From IMG/VR virus record IMGVR_UViG_3300033121_002140, positions 17,962 to 81,961 of that record: DNA of 64,000 nt, one strand, 5' to 3'. Position numbers and translations under genes: made by a program. The notes below the pieces were generated by a model, which saw nothing but the letters and a program-made list of their open reading frames with translations, ran no database searches and had not been told where the DNA came from. This DNA is from a virus (lineage: Duplodnaviria > Caudoviricetes). Of the stretch, positions 26,655 to 35,977 are shown in pieces (positions within the stretch are counted from its first letter, which is position 1; each line of letters begins with the position of its first letter).

Positions 26655-27400
26655 GTCATCACCGCCCCTCCGACCACGCACTCTCCCTGGGACGTGCCGT
26701 GGGTCCACACCCGCAGCCCCCTGTCGATCGTGCAGGAACCGCCCACACCGGCAGCACCGCACGCGCTGGCGACGACCACGTTCGCACGCGTCTCCTCAGC
26801 GAGGTCGACCCACTGGGCGTCAGGAGTCCCGTCGGGCGCCTGACCCCTCGAGGTCAGGAGACACAACACGTCCACTGACCCAGGGCCGTAGAACAACGCC
26901 TGGTCGGCGACGCCAAAGGGTCGGGACCTGCGCCACGAGTTCATCGAGTCGCGCCCGACCAGAACGCCCAGCCTTCCCACGGACGTGGCCACGACGGGCA
27001 CCGGCAGCTCACCGCGCGTCGCCCAAAGGTGGTCCGTGCCCGCTAGGTTGCGCTTCTGCGCGTTGGCCATGAGTCCCGCAGGACCGAGCAGGGCGGCGGA
27101 GCTGTACAGCTTTCCCCTGCACGACTCGACGTACCCGAAGACGACATGGCAGCCAAACCTGCGCGTCACGCGCAGGAGGCACTGGGTCTGGTGTCCGTCC
27201 CTTGCCTGCGCGCAGGCGGAAGCCTCGCGCAGGCTGCCCATGAAAGGCCCGACGGTGCATAGCTCTGGGAGCGCGATCACCTGCGCGCCCTTTGCTGCGG
27301 CCTCGAACGCGAGCTGCTCGGCCCGCGCCAGGTTGAGGGACGCCTCGCCCGGCACGGGTTCGAACTGGACGGCAGCGACCAGGTGGACCCCGGGCGTCAC
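26651..27400 (-). CDS. Carbon-nitrogen hydrolase (nitrilase) homologue with catalytic Cys replaced by Gly
   Basis: VAAVQF, NLARAE, IALPEL, YSSAALL, QKRNL, GRLGVLVGRD (canonical ICYD). Confidence 0.85.
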   Translation of the reverse strand: MTPGVHLVAAVQFEPVPGEASLNLARAEQLAFEAAAKGAQVIALPELCTVGPFMGSLREASACAQARDGHQTQCLLRVTRRFGCHVVFGYVESCRGKLYSSAALLGPAGLMANAQKRNLAGTDHLWATRGELPVPVVATSVGRLGVLVGRDSMNSWRRSRPFGVADQALFYGPGSVDVLCLLTSRGQAPDGTPDAQWVDLAEETRANVVVASACGAAGVGGSCTIDRGLRVWTHGTSQGECVVGGAVMT

Positions 27401-28623
27401 TCGTCCTCCGCGTCCTCGCTCCAGTCCTTGTAGGACTTCTGCACGTAGCCCGACAGGAACTCACGGAACGCGTCCAGGCCCGTCAGGGTGTCGAGGTCGT
27501 TGGGCAGCTGCGCCAGCTCGGTCTCGAGGTCGGCCAGCAGCTGCGTCCTGACGAACTCCGGGTAGCCGTCCAGCTCCGCCACCATGCCCGGGTGGTCCTT
27601 GAGCAGCTGCACGTCGGCTCCTGCGAGCTCGCCTGAGCCCTCAAGGTACCTCGCGTACTCGGCCACGCTGTCGGGCAGCAGCTCCTTCATGTCGCGGCCC
27701 GTGAGCAGCGCCAGGATCTTCTGGGCCTTCCTGTCGTCGTTCAGCGACTCGATGAAGTCACGTGCGGCAGTCAGGATCACCAGCTGCGCCTCCTCGGGCA
27801 TCGCGCCCTCGCCTGACAGGTCGCCGAACATCATCTTGTGCATGTGACCGAACCTGCGCATCGCACGCGCGGCCATCGCCTGCGCGCCCATGACAGACAT
27901 GCCCAGTTCCTTGGAAATGTCGCCGAACTCCTGGCCGTCGTCGCCCTTGGGCACGGACCACTTGCCCTTCTCGCGCTCGGGCTCGTCGTCCTCAGGCGAC
28001 TCGTCGACCACCTCGTAGCGAGCGCGCGGGTCCTGCTTCTTGAGCCGTGCCATCCAGTCGTCGGCGGCCTTCCGCGTGTCGAAGGAAGCGTCGGGCTGCG
28101 CCTTTCGTGTGCCCTTGGGCGTGAAGCCGTAGACCTTGAAGGGCTCGTCGTCGAATGCTGACAGGGCGTAGGTGTCAGGCCCGGAGTAACCCAGATCACG
28201 ACCGGGCATCGCCTCGGCGATCATGCGCCGGACCGCGCGCCGGACAGCCTCCTCGACCTGAGAATCACCCCGCGTGTTCCTGTCCTGAGCGCCTGCCATC
28301 TTGATCCCCCTCATTCGTCCCTCGTCGTCTCCGTCGTTGTCGCCGATCGCCTGCAGGGCCGCCTGCACCTGCTTGTACAGGCCCGGCACGTCCTCGTCCC
28401 CCAGGTCCTGCGTGAGCCTGCTCAGGGCCACCGCGAACTCGGCCTTGTCCTTGGGCAGGTAGCTCGCGCCCTCAGGACCGTCGACTGCGGTCGTCGGATC
28501 GACGACGGAATTGGGCTCGACGGGTGCCGTCGGCCGCGTGGGTCCAGCGTCGAGGCCATGACCCTCCATCGCCTCCGAGACCAGCTCGCGGAGGGCGGCC
28601 CGTGTGAAGGCGATGGGCCTCAT
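27397..28623 (-). CDS. Acidic hypothetical protein with two copies of the tag
   Basis: AALRELVSEAME; internal EEAVRRAVRRMIAEAM. Confidence 0.7.
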   Translation of the reverse strand: MRPIAFTRAALRELVSEAMEGHGLDAGPTRPTAPVEPNSVVDPTTAVDGPEGASYLPKDKAEFAVALSRLTQDLGDEDVPGLYKQVQAALQAIGDNDGDDEGRMRGIKMAGAQDRNTRGDSQVEEAVRRAVRRMIAEAMPGRDLGYSGPDTYALSAFDDEPFKVYGFTPKGTRKAQPDASFDTRKAADDWMARLKKQDPRARYEVVDESPEDDEPEREKGKWSVPKGDDGQEFGDISKELGMSVMGAQAMAARAMRRFGHMHKMMFGDLSGEGAMPEEAQLVILTAARDFIESLNDDRKAQKILALLTGRDMKELLPDSVAEYARYLEGSGELAGADVQLLKDHPGMVAELDGYPEFVRTQLLADLETELAQLPNDLDTLTGLDAFREFLSGYVQKSYKDWSEDAEDE

Positions 28624-28892
28624 GCCGTGCCCTCGGGGGCTGCCTGGTCTGCTCGCGAGTCCGTGAGACGACGACCGAAATAGAGCCCGAGGATGGGCAC
28701 CAGGTAGGCAGAGGCAGAGGCAGGATCGAAGGCCCTGAACTCCACCTGACCGACGCGAGCCAGCATCCCGCATGCGTACGCGAGCGTGACGATGAGGAAT
28801 GCGACGGCTGCGAACGTGAGGGAGGCCGAGGGCCTCCCACGCGTGTCTCGGATCCAGATCCTGGAGGTCGTGCTGGCGGACTGCGGGTTCAT
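28620..28892 (-). CDS. Holin-like two-TM membrane protein
   Basis: Two hydrophobic helices, C-terminal LYFGRR. Confidence 0.5.
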   Translation of the reverse strand: MNPQSASTTSRIWIRDTRGRPSASLTFAAVAFLIVTLAYACGMLARVGQVEFRAFDPASASAYLVPILGLYFGRRLTDSRADQAAPEGTA

Positions 28893-28898
28893 CGTCGG

Positions 28899-28905
28899 TA
28901 AGTAT
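28899..28905 (-). promoter_or_regulatory. Putative late-promoter heptamer
   Basis: ATACTTA 6 nt before ATG 28892. Confidence 0.6.
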
Positions 28906-28925
28906 CGGGCGAGCGTCCGCGCGTG

Positions 28926-29273
28926 TCAGTCGTCGACGGGTCCGTCGAGGTCCTGAGCCTCGTCGTCGCCTTCCTGGATCAAGGCATACAGGCTCTCCTC
29001 GTCATGCTCGAAGACGGGATGCCGCACGTCAGACATGCGCGATGGAGCCTTAGGCTGGAGCGGACCGAGCTTGCGCCTGAGTTTTTCTGCCGCGAGCCTG
29101 TCGAGGACGCCCAGGGTCGACCGCCGCCCGCTGACCACCTCCTCGGCGAAGGCGTCCATCGCCTCCTGAAGGGACAGGTCCCGTCGCAGCAGCTCCTGGC
29201 GCAGGGCGGCATGGACGCCGCGCCTGATCTTCAGGTGCACGCACTTTCGCTCGAGCGCGACCTCGGAGCGCAT
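28926..29273 (-). CDS. Ribbon-helix-helix-like DNA-binding protein
   Basis: KCVHLKIRRGVHAALRQELLRRDLSLQEAMDAF. Confidence 0.55.
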   Translation of the reverse strand: MRSEVALERKCVHLKIRRGVHAALRQELLRRDLSLQEAMDAFAEEVVSGRRSTLGVLDRLAAEKLRRKLGPLQPKAPSRMSDVRHPVFEHDEESLYALIQEGDDEAQDLDGPVDD

Positions 29274-29935
29274 CAGGCACCCGTGGGCCCCGCGCCGGCG
29301 GCGGCCGGGGCCTGGAAGTCGGCCTCACGCTCGTCGTCGGTCAGCTCCGTGTCGATGCCGTGCTGGTCGGCGAGCGCCGCCTTGACAGCGTCGACCTCCT
29401 CAGGCTTTCGCCCCTTCTGCAGGAAGCCCAGGGCGCGCCGGGCGAGGGTCTGGCGCACGTCGATGACGGTGTCGAAGTTCTCGATCAGGCGGGCCACCAT
29501 GCCCGCGAACGCGGCAGGATCGAACTCAGCGCCGCCCTCGTCGTCACCCACGTCGGCTGGGACCTGAGGCACGTCGTCGTCCCCCTCGTCTGCCTCACGC
29601 AGCAGGAAACGCCTCGTCATGCCCCTCAGGGAACCGTCGCGGCCCTCGGCATGGAGCCCCTTGCCAGAAGCCTCCTTCTCGAAACCGATGAGCTGGCGGT
29701 CCACCTGCGAGTCCAACGAAGAGCCGTCTGGCATGGAGGGCTGCTGCTTTCCGCCGGGTTCGTCCTCGTCGTCGCCGGCGTCCTTCTCATCCGTGTCGTC
29801 GACCGCGTCGTCGAACAGGTCGTCGCCTCCCTCGTCCTCGGCGCTGCCCTTTTCGTCCTTGTCCTCGTCCTCGGGTGCCTCGATCAACAGCGCGGCAGCG
29901 ATGGTCCGGCGCAGCTCCCCCAGCCTGATCTTCAC
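29273..29935 (-). CDS. Acidic hypothetical protein with N-terminal tag
   Basis: MKIRLGELRRTIAAALLIEA; internal RRFLLREA; GTGA coupling. Confidence 0.7.
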   Translation of the reverse strand: MKIRLGELRRTIAAALLIEAPEDEDKDEKGSAEDEGGDDLFDDAVDDTDEKDAGDDEDEPGGKQQPSMPDGSSLDSQVDRQLIGFEKEASGKGLHAEGRDGSLRGMTRRFLLREADEGDDDVPQVPADVGDDEGGAEFDPAAFAGMVARLIENFDTVIDVRQTLARRALGFLQKGRKPEEVDAVKAALADQHGIDTELTDDEREADFQAPAAAGAGPTGA

Positions 29936-30666
29936 TTCAGTGCCTCCGCGATCTTTTCGGCCTTCGCCATGCGTTCCTCGACCACCTGCCAGTTGATCTC
30001 GCGCATCTGCGCGACCACATACGACTGACGGTCGGTCATGTAGTCCCGGAAGTACGCGTGCGACCACACGTCGATCACGAGGACTGGGTACAGGCCCAGC
30101 ATCACGTGCCCGTCATGTCCATCGATCACGGTGTTGACGTACCGCCTCAGGAAGGTGCTGTAGCCCATGACGACCCAGCCCTCCTGAGCGGCCATCGCGC
30201 ATGCGATGAAGTCCTGCTGCCAGTCGTCGAACGTGCCCCAGTCCCTCTCCAGGCGCATGTAGGACTTGGTGTCGGAGTAGATCTGCGAGTGCGGGTCGAA
30301 GCAGTTGGCGAAGTAGAGATCATGCAGCCACACTGCGTTCGCGGAACGCGCCTCCGTGACCTTTAGGTCCCTGAAGGGCGACTTGTCCGGGCCCGAGCCC
30401 CCACGGTCCGCGGTGTCGAGCTCGGCGGACGCCTTGTTCAGGGCCTGCACGTAGCCCTCGTACAGCGCCTTGTGCGCGGCCTTGGTCTTGTCCGAGACCC
30501 GTTCCGACACCTGCGGGAACGTCTTCGCCTGCGCGACGTAGGACTCGTCCAGGCCTTGCGCCCGGGGAGCGACGCCCGCCTGCTGGAGCGACAGCTGCAC
30601 GATCCTGTCGATGTTGAGGCCTGCCAGGGTCTGATCAGTCTTCGCCTCGCTCATCTTCATCAGCAT
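29932..30666 (-). CDS. sod: Fe/Mn superoxide dismutase with N-terminal extension
   Basis: AAHKALYEGYV, WLHDLYF, WGTFDDW, PVLVIDVWSHAY (canonical WEHAY). Confidence 0.85.
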   Translation of the reverse strand: MLMKMSEAKTDQTLAGLNIDRIVQLSLQQAGVAPRAQGLDESYVAQAKTFPQVSERVSDKTKAAHKALYEGYVQALNKASAELDTADRGGSGPDKSPFRDLKVTEARSANAVWLHDLYFANCFDPHSQIYSDTKSYMRLERDWGTFDDWQQDFIACAMAAQEGWVVMGYSTFLRRYVNTVIDGHDGHVMLGLYPVLVIDVWSHAYFRDYMTDRQSYVVAQMREINWQVVEERMAKAEKIAEALK

Positions 30667-31295
30667 GACTCCTCTTTCTGAAGGTATCGCCAGGCGAAGC
30701 CTCCTGAGCTCCTGATGACACCACGCGCTGCGGCAGCCACGGTAGTCTTTTCGAAGCCATCAGCCTGCACCGCAGTCACAGATGGATAAACTTGCAGCAC
30801 AGCTCCCGTGGCAGGATCGCATCGTGCGACACGTTTGTGATGAGCACGTCTACTTGCCTCGATGATCTTTTGGCGTTTTTCGGGAGCCAGCACAGCCATC
30901 GCACGTCGCACGTTTGTGCACGCTTCAACTGTGAACTTTCGGCCCCGGCGCGATTGCGACATCCGCTGCCGTGCTTCCAAGGAGAATTTTCGGCCAGTCA
31001 TCACGCCGTCGCCACCGATCGTGCTATTGTAGCCCAGCTCGCCCATCGACCGCAGCCGTGCGATCCACTCACGTTCTGCGTGCTTGACCTGCTCAGGCGT
31101 GCCGCAGATCTCGAGCACCTCGTGCTTCCAGCATCCAGGACCGTGCAGCGCGATGGCTCTGTGAAAATGACACTTGGAACCCTGCCTTGCAAGCTTGGCG
31201 TGACGCATCCAACGCCGCAGCATTGTGAACGACGTCATACCGACGTACGACTTGCCATTGAGCACGTTCACGTGCCTGTACACGATGCAGGGCAT
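30660..31295 (-). CDS. GIY-YIG homing endonuclease with NUMOD3 and NUMOD1
   Basis: VYRHVNVLNGKSYVGMT, GYNSTIGGDG, C-terminal YPSVTAV...GGFAWRY. Confidence 0.88.
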   Translation of the reverse strand: MPCIVYRHVNVLNGKSYVGMTSFTMLRRWMRHAKLARQGSKCHFHRAIALHGPGCWKHEVLEICGTPEQVKHAEREWIARLRSMGELGYNSTIGGDGVMTGRKFSLEARQRMSQSRRGRKFTVEACTNVRRAMAVLAPEKRQKIIEASRRAHHKRVARCDPATGAVLQVYPSVTAVQADGFEKTTVAAAARGVIRSSGGFAWRYLQKEESC

Positions 31296-31573
31296 CACGA
31301 CAGCTCGTATTCTTGCTCGAGCTCTCCGTTGTGAACGAGGAACTTTTTGCCCTCGGGGGTACGCAGGATCGTGTCCTTGGTCCCCACCGAATCGACCGTG
31401 TAGAGCAGACCCGTCTTCTTGTGTCGCAGCTTCAGGCCTGCCGACAGCACGTTGCGCTGGCCGCCGTCCTTGGTGCCAAACACGACGTCGACGTCCTTGG
31501 CGAGCTCCGCCAGACGCCTGGCATGCTCCTCCTTGAACGCCTGGACGACGTCCGCCTCCGTCAGGGTCCTCAT
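31295..31573 (-). CDS. Hypothetical protein
   Basis: MRTLTEADVV...; coupled at both ends. Confidence 0.65.
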   Translation of the reverse strand: MRTLTEADVVQAFKEEHARRLAELAKDVDVVFGTKDGGQRNVLSAGLKLRHKKTGLLYTVDSVGTKDTILRTPEGKKFLVHNGELEQEYELS

Positions 31574-32058
31574 CGCCGCCTCCTGCCCTGCCCACGCAGG
31601 GCGTCGATGTCAGCGTAGGTGTCCTCGCGTGACTGTCCGGCGGCATGACCCGCGGCCCATGTCTCCGCTTCCCGCTCAGCCGCGTTCTCCGCGCTCCAGG
31701 GCTCGTCCGCGTCCGTCTCCCGGCGCCAGGGTCCAGGCGCGCCCGATCCTTTGTTCGGGTTCCAGTGCCTGTCATAGTAGGCCTTCGCGGACGCCTTGAG
31801 GTCATCCAGCCCAGCAGGCCTGACCTGCCGCACCTCGGCCGCAGGAGCGTCGGCATCGACGGGTTCGGCGACGCCGTTCTTGACGCCGCGGGCGTACGCC
31901 CGAGCCAGCTTCTCCGCGCTGTCTCCGCCGAAGACCCGGGGTTTGCCCGGCGTGCCGTCCTTTTCCGTGAACGTGACCTGCCAGGACGTCTCAGAGAGAC
32001 GCATCAGCTCTCTTCGCACGAAAGACCGCAGCTCATTGACCGACGATCGCATCGTCAC
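31570..32058 (-). CDS. Hypothetical protein with N-terminal tag
   Basis: NELRSFVRRELMRLSE. Confidence 0.65.
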   Translation of the reverse strand: MTMRSSVNELRSFVRRELMRLSETSWQVTFTEKDGTPGKPRVFGGDSAEKLARAYARGVKNGVAEPVDADAPAAEVRQVRPAGLDDLKASAKAYYDRHWNPNKGSGAPGPWRRETDADEPWSAENAAEREAETWAAGHAAGQSREDTYADIDALRGQGRRRR

Positions 32059-32065
32059 TAACTAT
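32059..32065 (-). promoter_or_regulatory. Putative late-promoter heptamer
   Basis: ATAGTTA immediately before GTG 32058. Confidence 0.6.
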
Positions 32066-32835
32066 GCGCGGGTCGCCCAGCCCGGTCGCTCAGGGTCCTC
32101 GCGCCACGGCCCAGTGCCCAGCAGCGAACCCCAGGCGGGTAGGTCCTGCCTGCCCTCCATCAAGAGCCTTGCGACAGCCAGGAACATGGCCTCGGCACGC
32201 TCAGGCTCCCAGGGCACGATGGGCAGGTCCTCATAGGGTGGGATCTTGGTGTGCGCGTAGCGGTGGCTGCCCGGTCCTGGGCCCATGACGTACATGAACT
32301 CTGTGCTGAGCATGCGCTTGTCGGCCAGCTTCACGTCGCCCGGCTCGTCGAGCCGCAGCCTGAAGGCCTTCCTGATGGTCCACATGGCACGGCGCTCGAA
32401 GTGCTTGTAGGCCTCGAACATGCCCGATACCTTGAGCGGCGCGGGTAGGTCCACCAGGTAGGCCTCGCTCGCGTCGTGCAGCAGACCCTCGAGCGCCAGG
32501 TCCTTGGGCAGGACCAGCGCGATCAGGACGGAGTGCTGCGCGACGCTGTAATGACGCTTGGTGTGGCCCGTGAACCTGCACTGGTTGGCCAACGCATGCG
32601 CGATGTCGTCGATCACAACCTCGACAGGATCAGGCCTGCACGGATGGAAGGCCCGACCCGTGAAGGTCTGGATCCAGTCCATGCCATCGGTGACTGTGAG
32701 CTCGAATTGACGGCACCATGAGCACTTGCATGCGTGGCTCCTGTGCAGCGAGCCCACCTCGCACGGATCACCGCAGGACTCGCACCTGCCAAGGTCCTTG
32801 GGACACCAGGGACCTGCCGACATCGAGACGTTCAT
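32062..32835 (-). CDS. HD-domain 5'-deoxynucleotidase (YfbR/YfdR-like) with Cys-rich N-terminal extension
   Basis: WIQTFTG, DIAHALANQCRFTGH, YSVAQHSV, LLHDASEAYLVD. Confidence 0.9.
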   Translation of the reverse strand: MNVSMSAGPWCPKDLGRCESCGDPCEVGSLHRSHACKCSWCRQFELTVTDGMDWIQTFTGRAFHPCRPDPVEVVIDDIAHALANQCRFTGHTKRHYSVAQHSVLIALVLPKDLALEGLLHDASEAYLVDLPAPLKVSGMFEAYKHFERRAMWTIRKAFRLRLDEPGDVKLADKRMLSTEFMYVMGPGPGSHRYAHTKIPPYEDLPIVPWEPERAEAMFLAVARLLMEGRQDLPAWGSLLGTGPWREDPERPGWATRA

Positions 32836-33434
32836 CACTGGACCTCCTCGCTCGTGGCAGGCTCGTCGCCGATCCTGATGGATGGATGGCATGCCCAGCA
32901 CCTGGGCTCGTACGTCTCCGACCCACCCACTTCGATCTCGGTCGACGACCGTGACGGTCCTGTCCGTTTCATCGTGTACCTGGCGTCACCCTTGCATGCA
33001 GCACACACGGAAGTCAGCTTCTCGATCCGAGTGGCCCAGGGCAACGCGGTCTGCACCTCCGTGAACGGCATGCCCGATGCCGACAGGTCCAACGACGACA
33101 CTGCCACCGAGATGCCAGACTTGAAGGCCTCGATCAAGGCAGCGCCCCCGCCCGGCACCATGAAGAGCTCGTCCACCGCGATGGCATGAGGCGGCGTGGG
33201 TGCCGCCAGGACAGCTTCCAGGATCTCGAGGCCCGTCCTGACCGGCACCGCCGACGTGCGCCAGCCGCTGTGCGTGACGACGCTGTCATGGGCGTACCTG
33301 TCGTCGATCCTGGGCTTGAAGACAATGACGGTCCTGCCCTGGTGCCTGTAGCGATCGATCGCTGCCAGCAGCGCAGAGGACTTGCCTGACCACATCGGTC
33401 CCGTCCACACCACGAACTCAGGGGAGCTTCGCAC
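32835..33434 (-). CDS. tdk: Thymidine kinase
   Basis: GPMWSGKS, FKPRIDDRY, VDELF, LTSVCAAC, IEVGGSETYEPRCWACH. Confidence 0.95.
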   Translation of the reverse strand: MRSSPEFVVWTGPMWSGKSSALLAAIDRYRHQGRTVIVFKPRIDDRYAHDSVVTHSGWRTSAVPVRTGLEILEAVLAAPTPPHAIAVDELFMVPGGGAALIEAFKSGISVAVSSLDLSASGMPFTEVQTALPWATRIEKLTSVCAACKGDARYTMKRTGPSRSSTEIEVGGSETYEPRCWACHPSIRIGDEPATSEEVQ

Positions 33435-33442
33435 GTTTTCTC

Positions 33443-33670
33443 CTAACACGCTGCAGCCACGGTGTTTTTCGCGGCTGCGAGGTGCAGCGCGGCCACGACC
33501 TTCTTGCCCAGCACGTGTCCGCACCGCCTGCACAGGCGCGAGCCGCCGTCGATCCGTTCGAGGTCTTCGAGTCCACACAGGCCACGGCACTCGCAGGCGG
33601 CGCCTGCGATCATGGGCAGAAACCTGAGCAGGCGCCTGAGGCGACGACGGGCACGGGCCTGGGCGCTCAT
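33443..33670 (-). CDS. Small Cys-rich hypothetical protein
   Basis: CECRGLC...CRRCG; ATGA coupling. Confidence 0.5.
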   Translation of the reverse strand: MSAQARARRRLRRLLRFLPMIAGAACECRGLCGLEDLERIDGGSRLCRRCGHVLGKKVVAALHLAAAKNTVAAAC

Positions 33671-34407
33671 GCGCCCTCCCAGAAGAGCTCGAGGCTCTTG
33701 CCGCGGCTGTGCTTGCCCCGCCGGCTCGTGACGCGCGTGCCAAATTCCTTGAAGGGCAACCAATCCGGTCTCAGGCCTGTCTTCTTGCACGCTGCCTCGC
33801 ACACGATCAGGTGGTCTTTCCTCGCCACGATCGCCGCCGCGAGCCGCCCGTAGTCGAGCGGGGGCTGGCCGTAGCGGTAGTTGTGCTGGTACGGTGGGTC
33901 GACGAACCATGTCGCGGCCAGGTCGAACGTCTCGATGAGGCTCGTGCCGTCGATGTCGTCGCAGAACTGCCAGTGCTTGACGGCACCGATCTCCTCGGCG
34001 ACCCGCGCGCGCGTGTTCGCGGTCCACTGACCGGGCCTGTTGCCCCATGGACTGATGGTCCAGCAATCGCCCACGTTGTTCGTGCGCTGCCATGACTTCA
34101 GGAGCAGGGCCTGTCCCTGCGACAGGCCCAGGGTCCTGATGTCGGTGCCCGCAGGCACGCCGAGCGGGATCTCACGCACGTCCTGGTCCGTTGCCTCGCG
34201 GATCAGCCATGGCCACAGCGCGACCAGGTTCTTCTCACGTTCGCACAGCACGACCCCGAGCTCGCTGTGCCGCAGAGCGTACGCGGCACCGCCCGCGTAG
34301 GGCTCGACGAGCACCTCATGCTTGGGCGCAGGCAGGACCCGGCTCGAGAGCCACTTGCTGCCGAACCACTTGAACAGCGGGCCTGTCACCCTCGACCGTG
34401 CGTTCAC
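33667..34407 (-). CDS. Dam/D12-like N6-adenine DNA methyltransferase
   Basis: FKWFGSKW, VEPYAGGAAY, FVDPPY. Confidence 0.82.
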   Translation of the reverse strand: MNARSRVTGPLFKWFGSKWLSSRVLPAPKHEVLVEPYAGGAAYALRHSELGVVLCEREKNLVALWPWLIREATDQDVREIPLGVPAGTDIRTLGLSQGQALLLKSWQRTNNVGDCWTISPWGNRPGQWTANTRARVAEEIGAVKHWQFCDDIDGTSLIETFDLAATWFVDPPYQHNYRYGQPPLDYGRLAAAIVARKDHLIVCEAACKKTGLRPDWLPFKEFGTRVTSRRGKHSRGKSLELFWEGA

Positions 34408-34700
34408 TTGGTGGGCACCTGGTCCGTGAGCTTCAGACGGTCACCCGGCCACCAGGCCGGGGGCACGACAGCGCCCACCTCGACCTGCAGGCCGTCGATC
34501 GCCGTGTGCCGCACGACCAGGTGCCAGCCCAACAGCACCTTGATCCGGGCCCAAAAGGGCAGCACGTACGTGAATGTCATCATCCTGTGCACGCTCGGGC
34601 CATCGTCGTCCGTCTCTGCCGGCAGTCTCACCTGCACGTGGTGCGACCCGCTCTCCGTGTACCATGCCCTGTGACCAGAGATCTCATGAAACCTGTGCAT
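34404..34700 (-). CDS. Hypothetical protein
   Basis: ORF coupled to the MTase start. Confidence 0.5.
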   Translation of the reverse strand: MHRFHEISGHRAWYTESGSHHVQVRLPAETDDDGPSVHRMMTFTYVLPFWARIKVLLGWHLVVRHTAIDGLQVEVGAVVPPAWWPGDRLKLTDQVPTK

Positions 34701-35133
34701 GTGTGCCTCCGTCCGGGTTTTCCGGCGTTTTTCCTGACCTTGCGGCGTCCCGCAGCGCCATCAACATGCGTCCGAGCCAGTTGTGGCCCACTCCTCGACA
34801 CACGCCGAAATGACGGTCCCCCCACCAGTTCGTCTCGACCAGCTCGGCGTCCTGCGTCAGCAGCAGCGCCTCGAGCAGGCCTGGATCGGAGAACTTCCGG
34901 AGGAGGCAGGCCCACATGACGGCGTTTTTCGTGGAGTCCCAGTCAGGACGCAGCACTGCGTGCCGTCCACGGGCTCGTGCCTCCCTGGCCGTGGGTGCCG
35001 ACATGATCCAGGCGCGCTGGTCCGGGTCAAGGGTCTTCTCGGCCTGGTAGTGGTGCTCGACGCAGTAACCGTCGTCGGCCACGTGGAAGTTGGAAAGGAA
35101 CCGGAACGCGCCCCTGAAGCCGTCGATCCTCAT
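34684..35133 (-). CDS. NADAR (YbiA-like) family protein
   Basis: FLSNF, VEHHYQAEK, RPDW, KFS, LVETNWWGDRHFG, NWLGRMLMALR. Confidence 0.92.
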   Translation of the reverse strand: MRIDGFRGAFRFLSNFHVADDGYCVEHHYQAEKTLDPDQRAWIMSAPTAREARARGRHAVLRPDWDSTKNAVMWACLLRKFSDPGLLEALLLTQDAELVETNWWGDRHFGVCRGVGHNWLGRMLMALRDAARSGKTPENPDGGTHAQVS

Positions 35134-35696
35134 GGGCTCCTCCGTTTTCGTGTCGAGAGCACGTCAAACGGCCCACGCACCACGACGTTGTAGTGCTCGG
35201 CCGCGGCCAGGGCCAACAACAACCTCCTCCGTGGGGGCACGTCGAGCCCGGAGAGGGCGTGAAGGGCACCCAGGGCGAGCGGCTCGCCCAGACCGATCGC
35301 GATGAAACCCTCAGGCGCACGTGTGACCTGCATGTTAGGCTCCATCCTGTGGAGGACGCCGTGCCAACCGATCAGCAGCCCAGTGCCGCGCTCTGCCATG
35401 CAGGTCCTGTCGTCCCGCAGGGCCTTCCTGACGGATCGCGCGAACGTTGTCGCCAGGTGCGCGGTCAGGCCCTGGTCGGTGCCTCGGTACGCGGGCAGCT
35501 CGACCTCATGGCGCAGCAGTTGTCCGATCCGAAAAGACCCGCAGAAGCCCAGCAGGAAGCCTGAGCGCATGAAGACCTTGGGCTCACCCCACACGAACGA
35601 GGTCGCGCCCAGGCCTGTGCGGCTCCTGTGCACCGCGGCCCTGTCGCCTGCCATGTAGACCCTGCCCTCGTGCTCAAGACCGACCACGCATGTCAT
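35130..35696 (-). CDS. HslV/proteasome-beta-like N-terminal threonine hydrolase
   Basis: M-TCVVG, AGDR, KVF, GFCGSFRIGQLL, AIGLGEPLALGAL. Confidence 0.82.
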   Translation of the reverse strand: MTCVVGLEHEGRVYMAGDRAAVHRSRTGLGATSFVWGEPKVFMRSGFLLGFCGSFRIGQLLRHEVELPAYRGTDQGLTAHLATTFARSVRKALRDDRTCMAERGTGLLIGWHGVLHRMEPNMQVTRAPEGFIAIGLGEPLALGALHALSGLDVPPRRRLLLALAAAEHYNVVVRGPFDVLSTRKRRSP

Positions 35697-35977
35697 GCCG
35701 TGACCTCCTCTTCGTCTCCAATCCTGATCACCCTGAAGGCCCAGCCCGCCGGGATCGCGAGGACGAGTGCGGCGGGATCGCGGGCCCTGAGCTCGTCCAT
35801 GACGTCCCTGAGTCCCGTCTCCATGATCTCACGTGTGGTCTGCTGCGGCTCGTATTGAAACAGCAGGACGGTGCCCACGCCGTCCGGTATCTCGAAGCGC
35901 TCGATGTTGCCACGGCGGGCGGGCAGCTCTTCCCAGGTCTCGAAGACCCGCAGGATCTTATCGTGTGAACTTTGCAT
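35693..35977 (-). CDS. Small hypothetical protein
   Basis: ORF between coupled genes. Confidence 0.5.
   Translation of the reverse strand: MQSSHDKILRVFETWEELPARRGNIERFEIPDGVGTVLLFQYEPQQTTREIMETGLRDVMDELRARDPAALVLAIPAGWAFRVIRIGDEEEVTA

Noticed and set aside
26651-27400. Active nitrilase/amidase auxiliary metabolic gene
   Set aside because: The nucleophilic Cys is replaced by Gly
32062-32835. DatZ / 2-aminoadenine (Z) genome
   Set aside because: The HD motifs fit generic YfbR/YfdR-type nucleotidases and no purZ is present in the window
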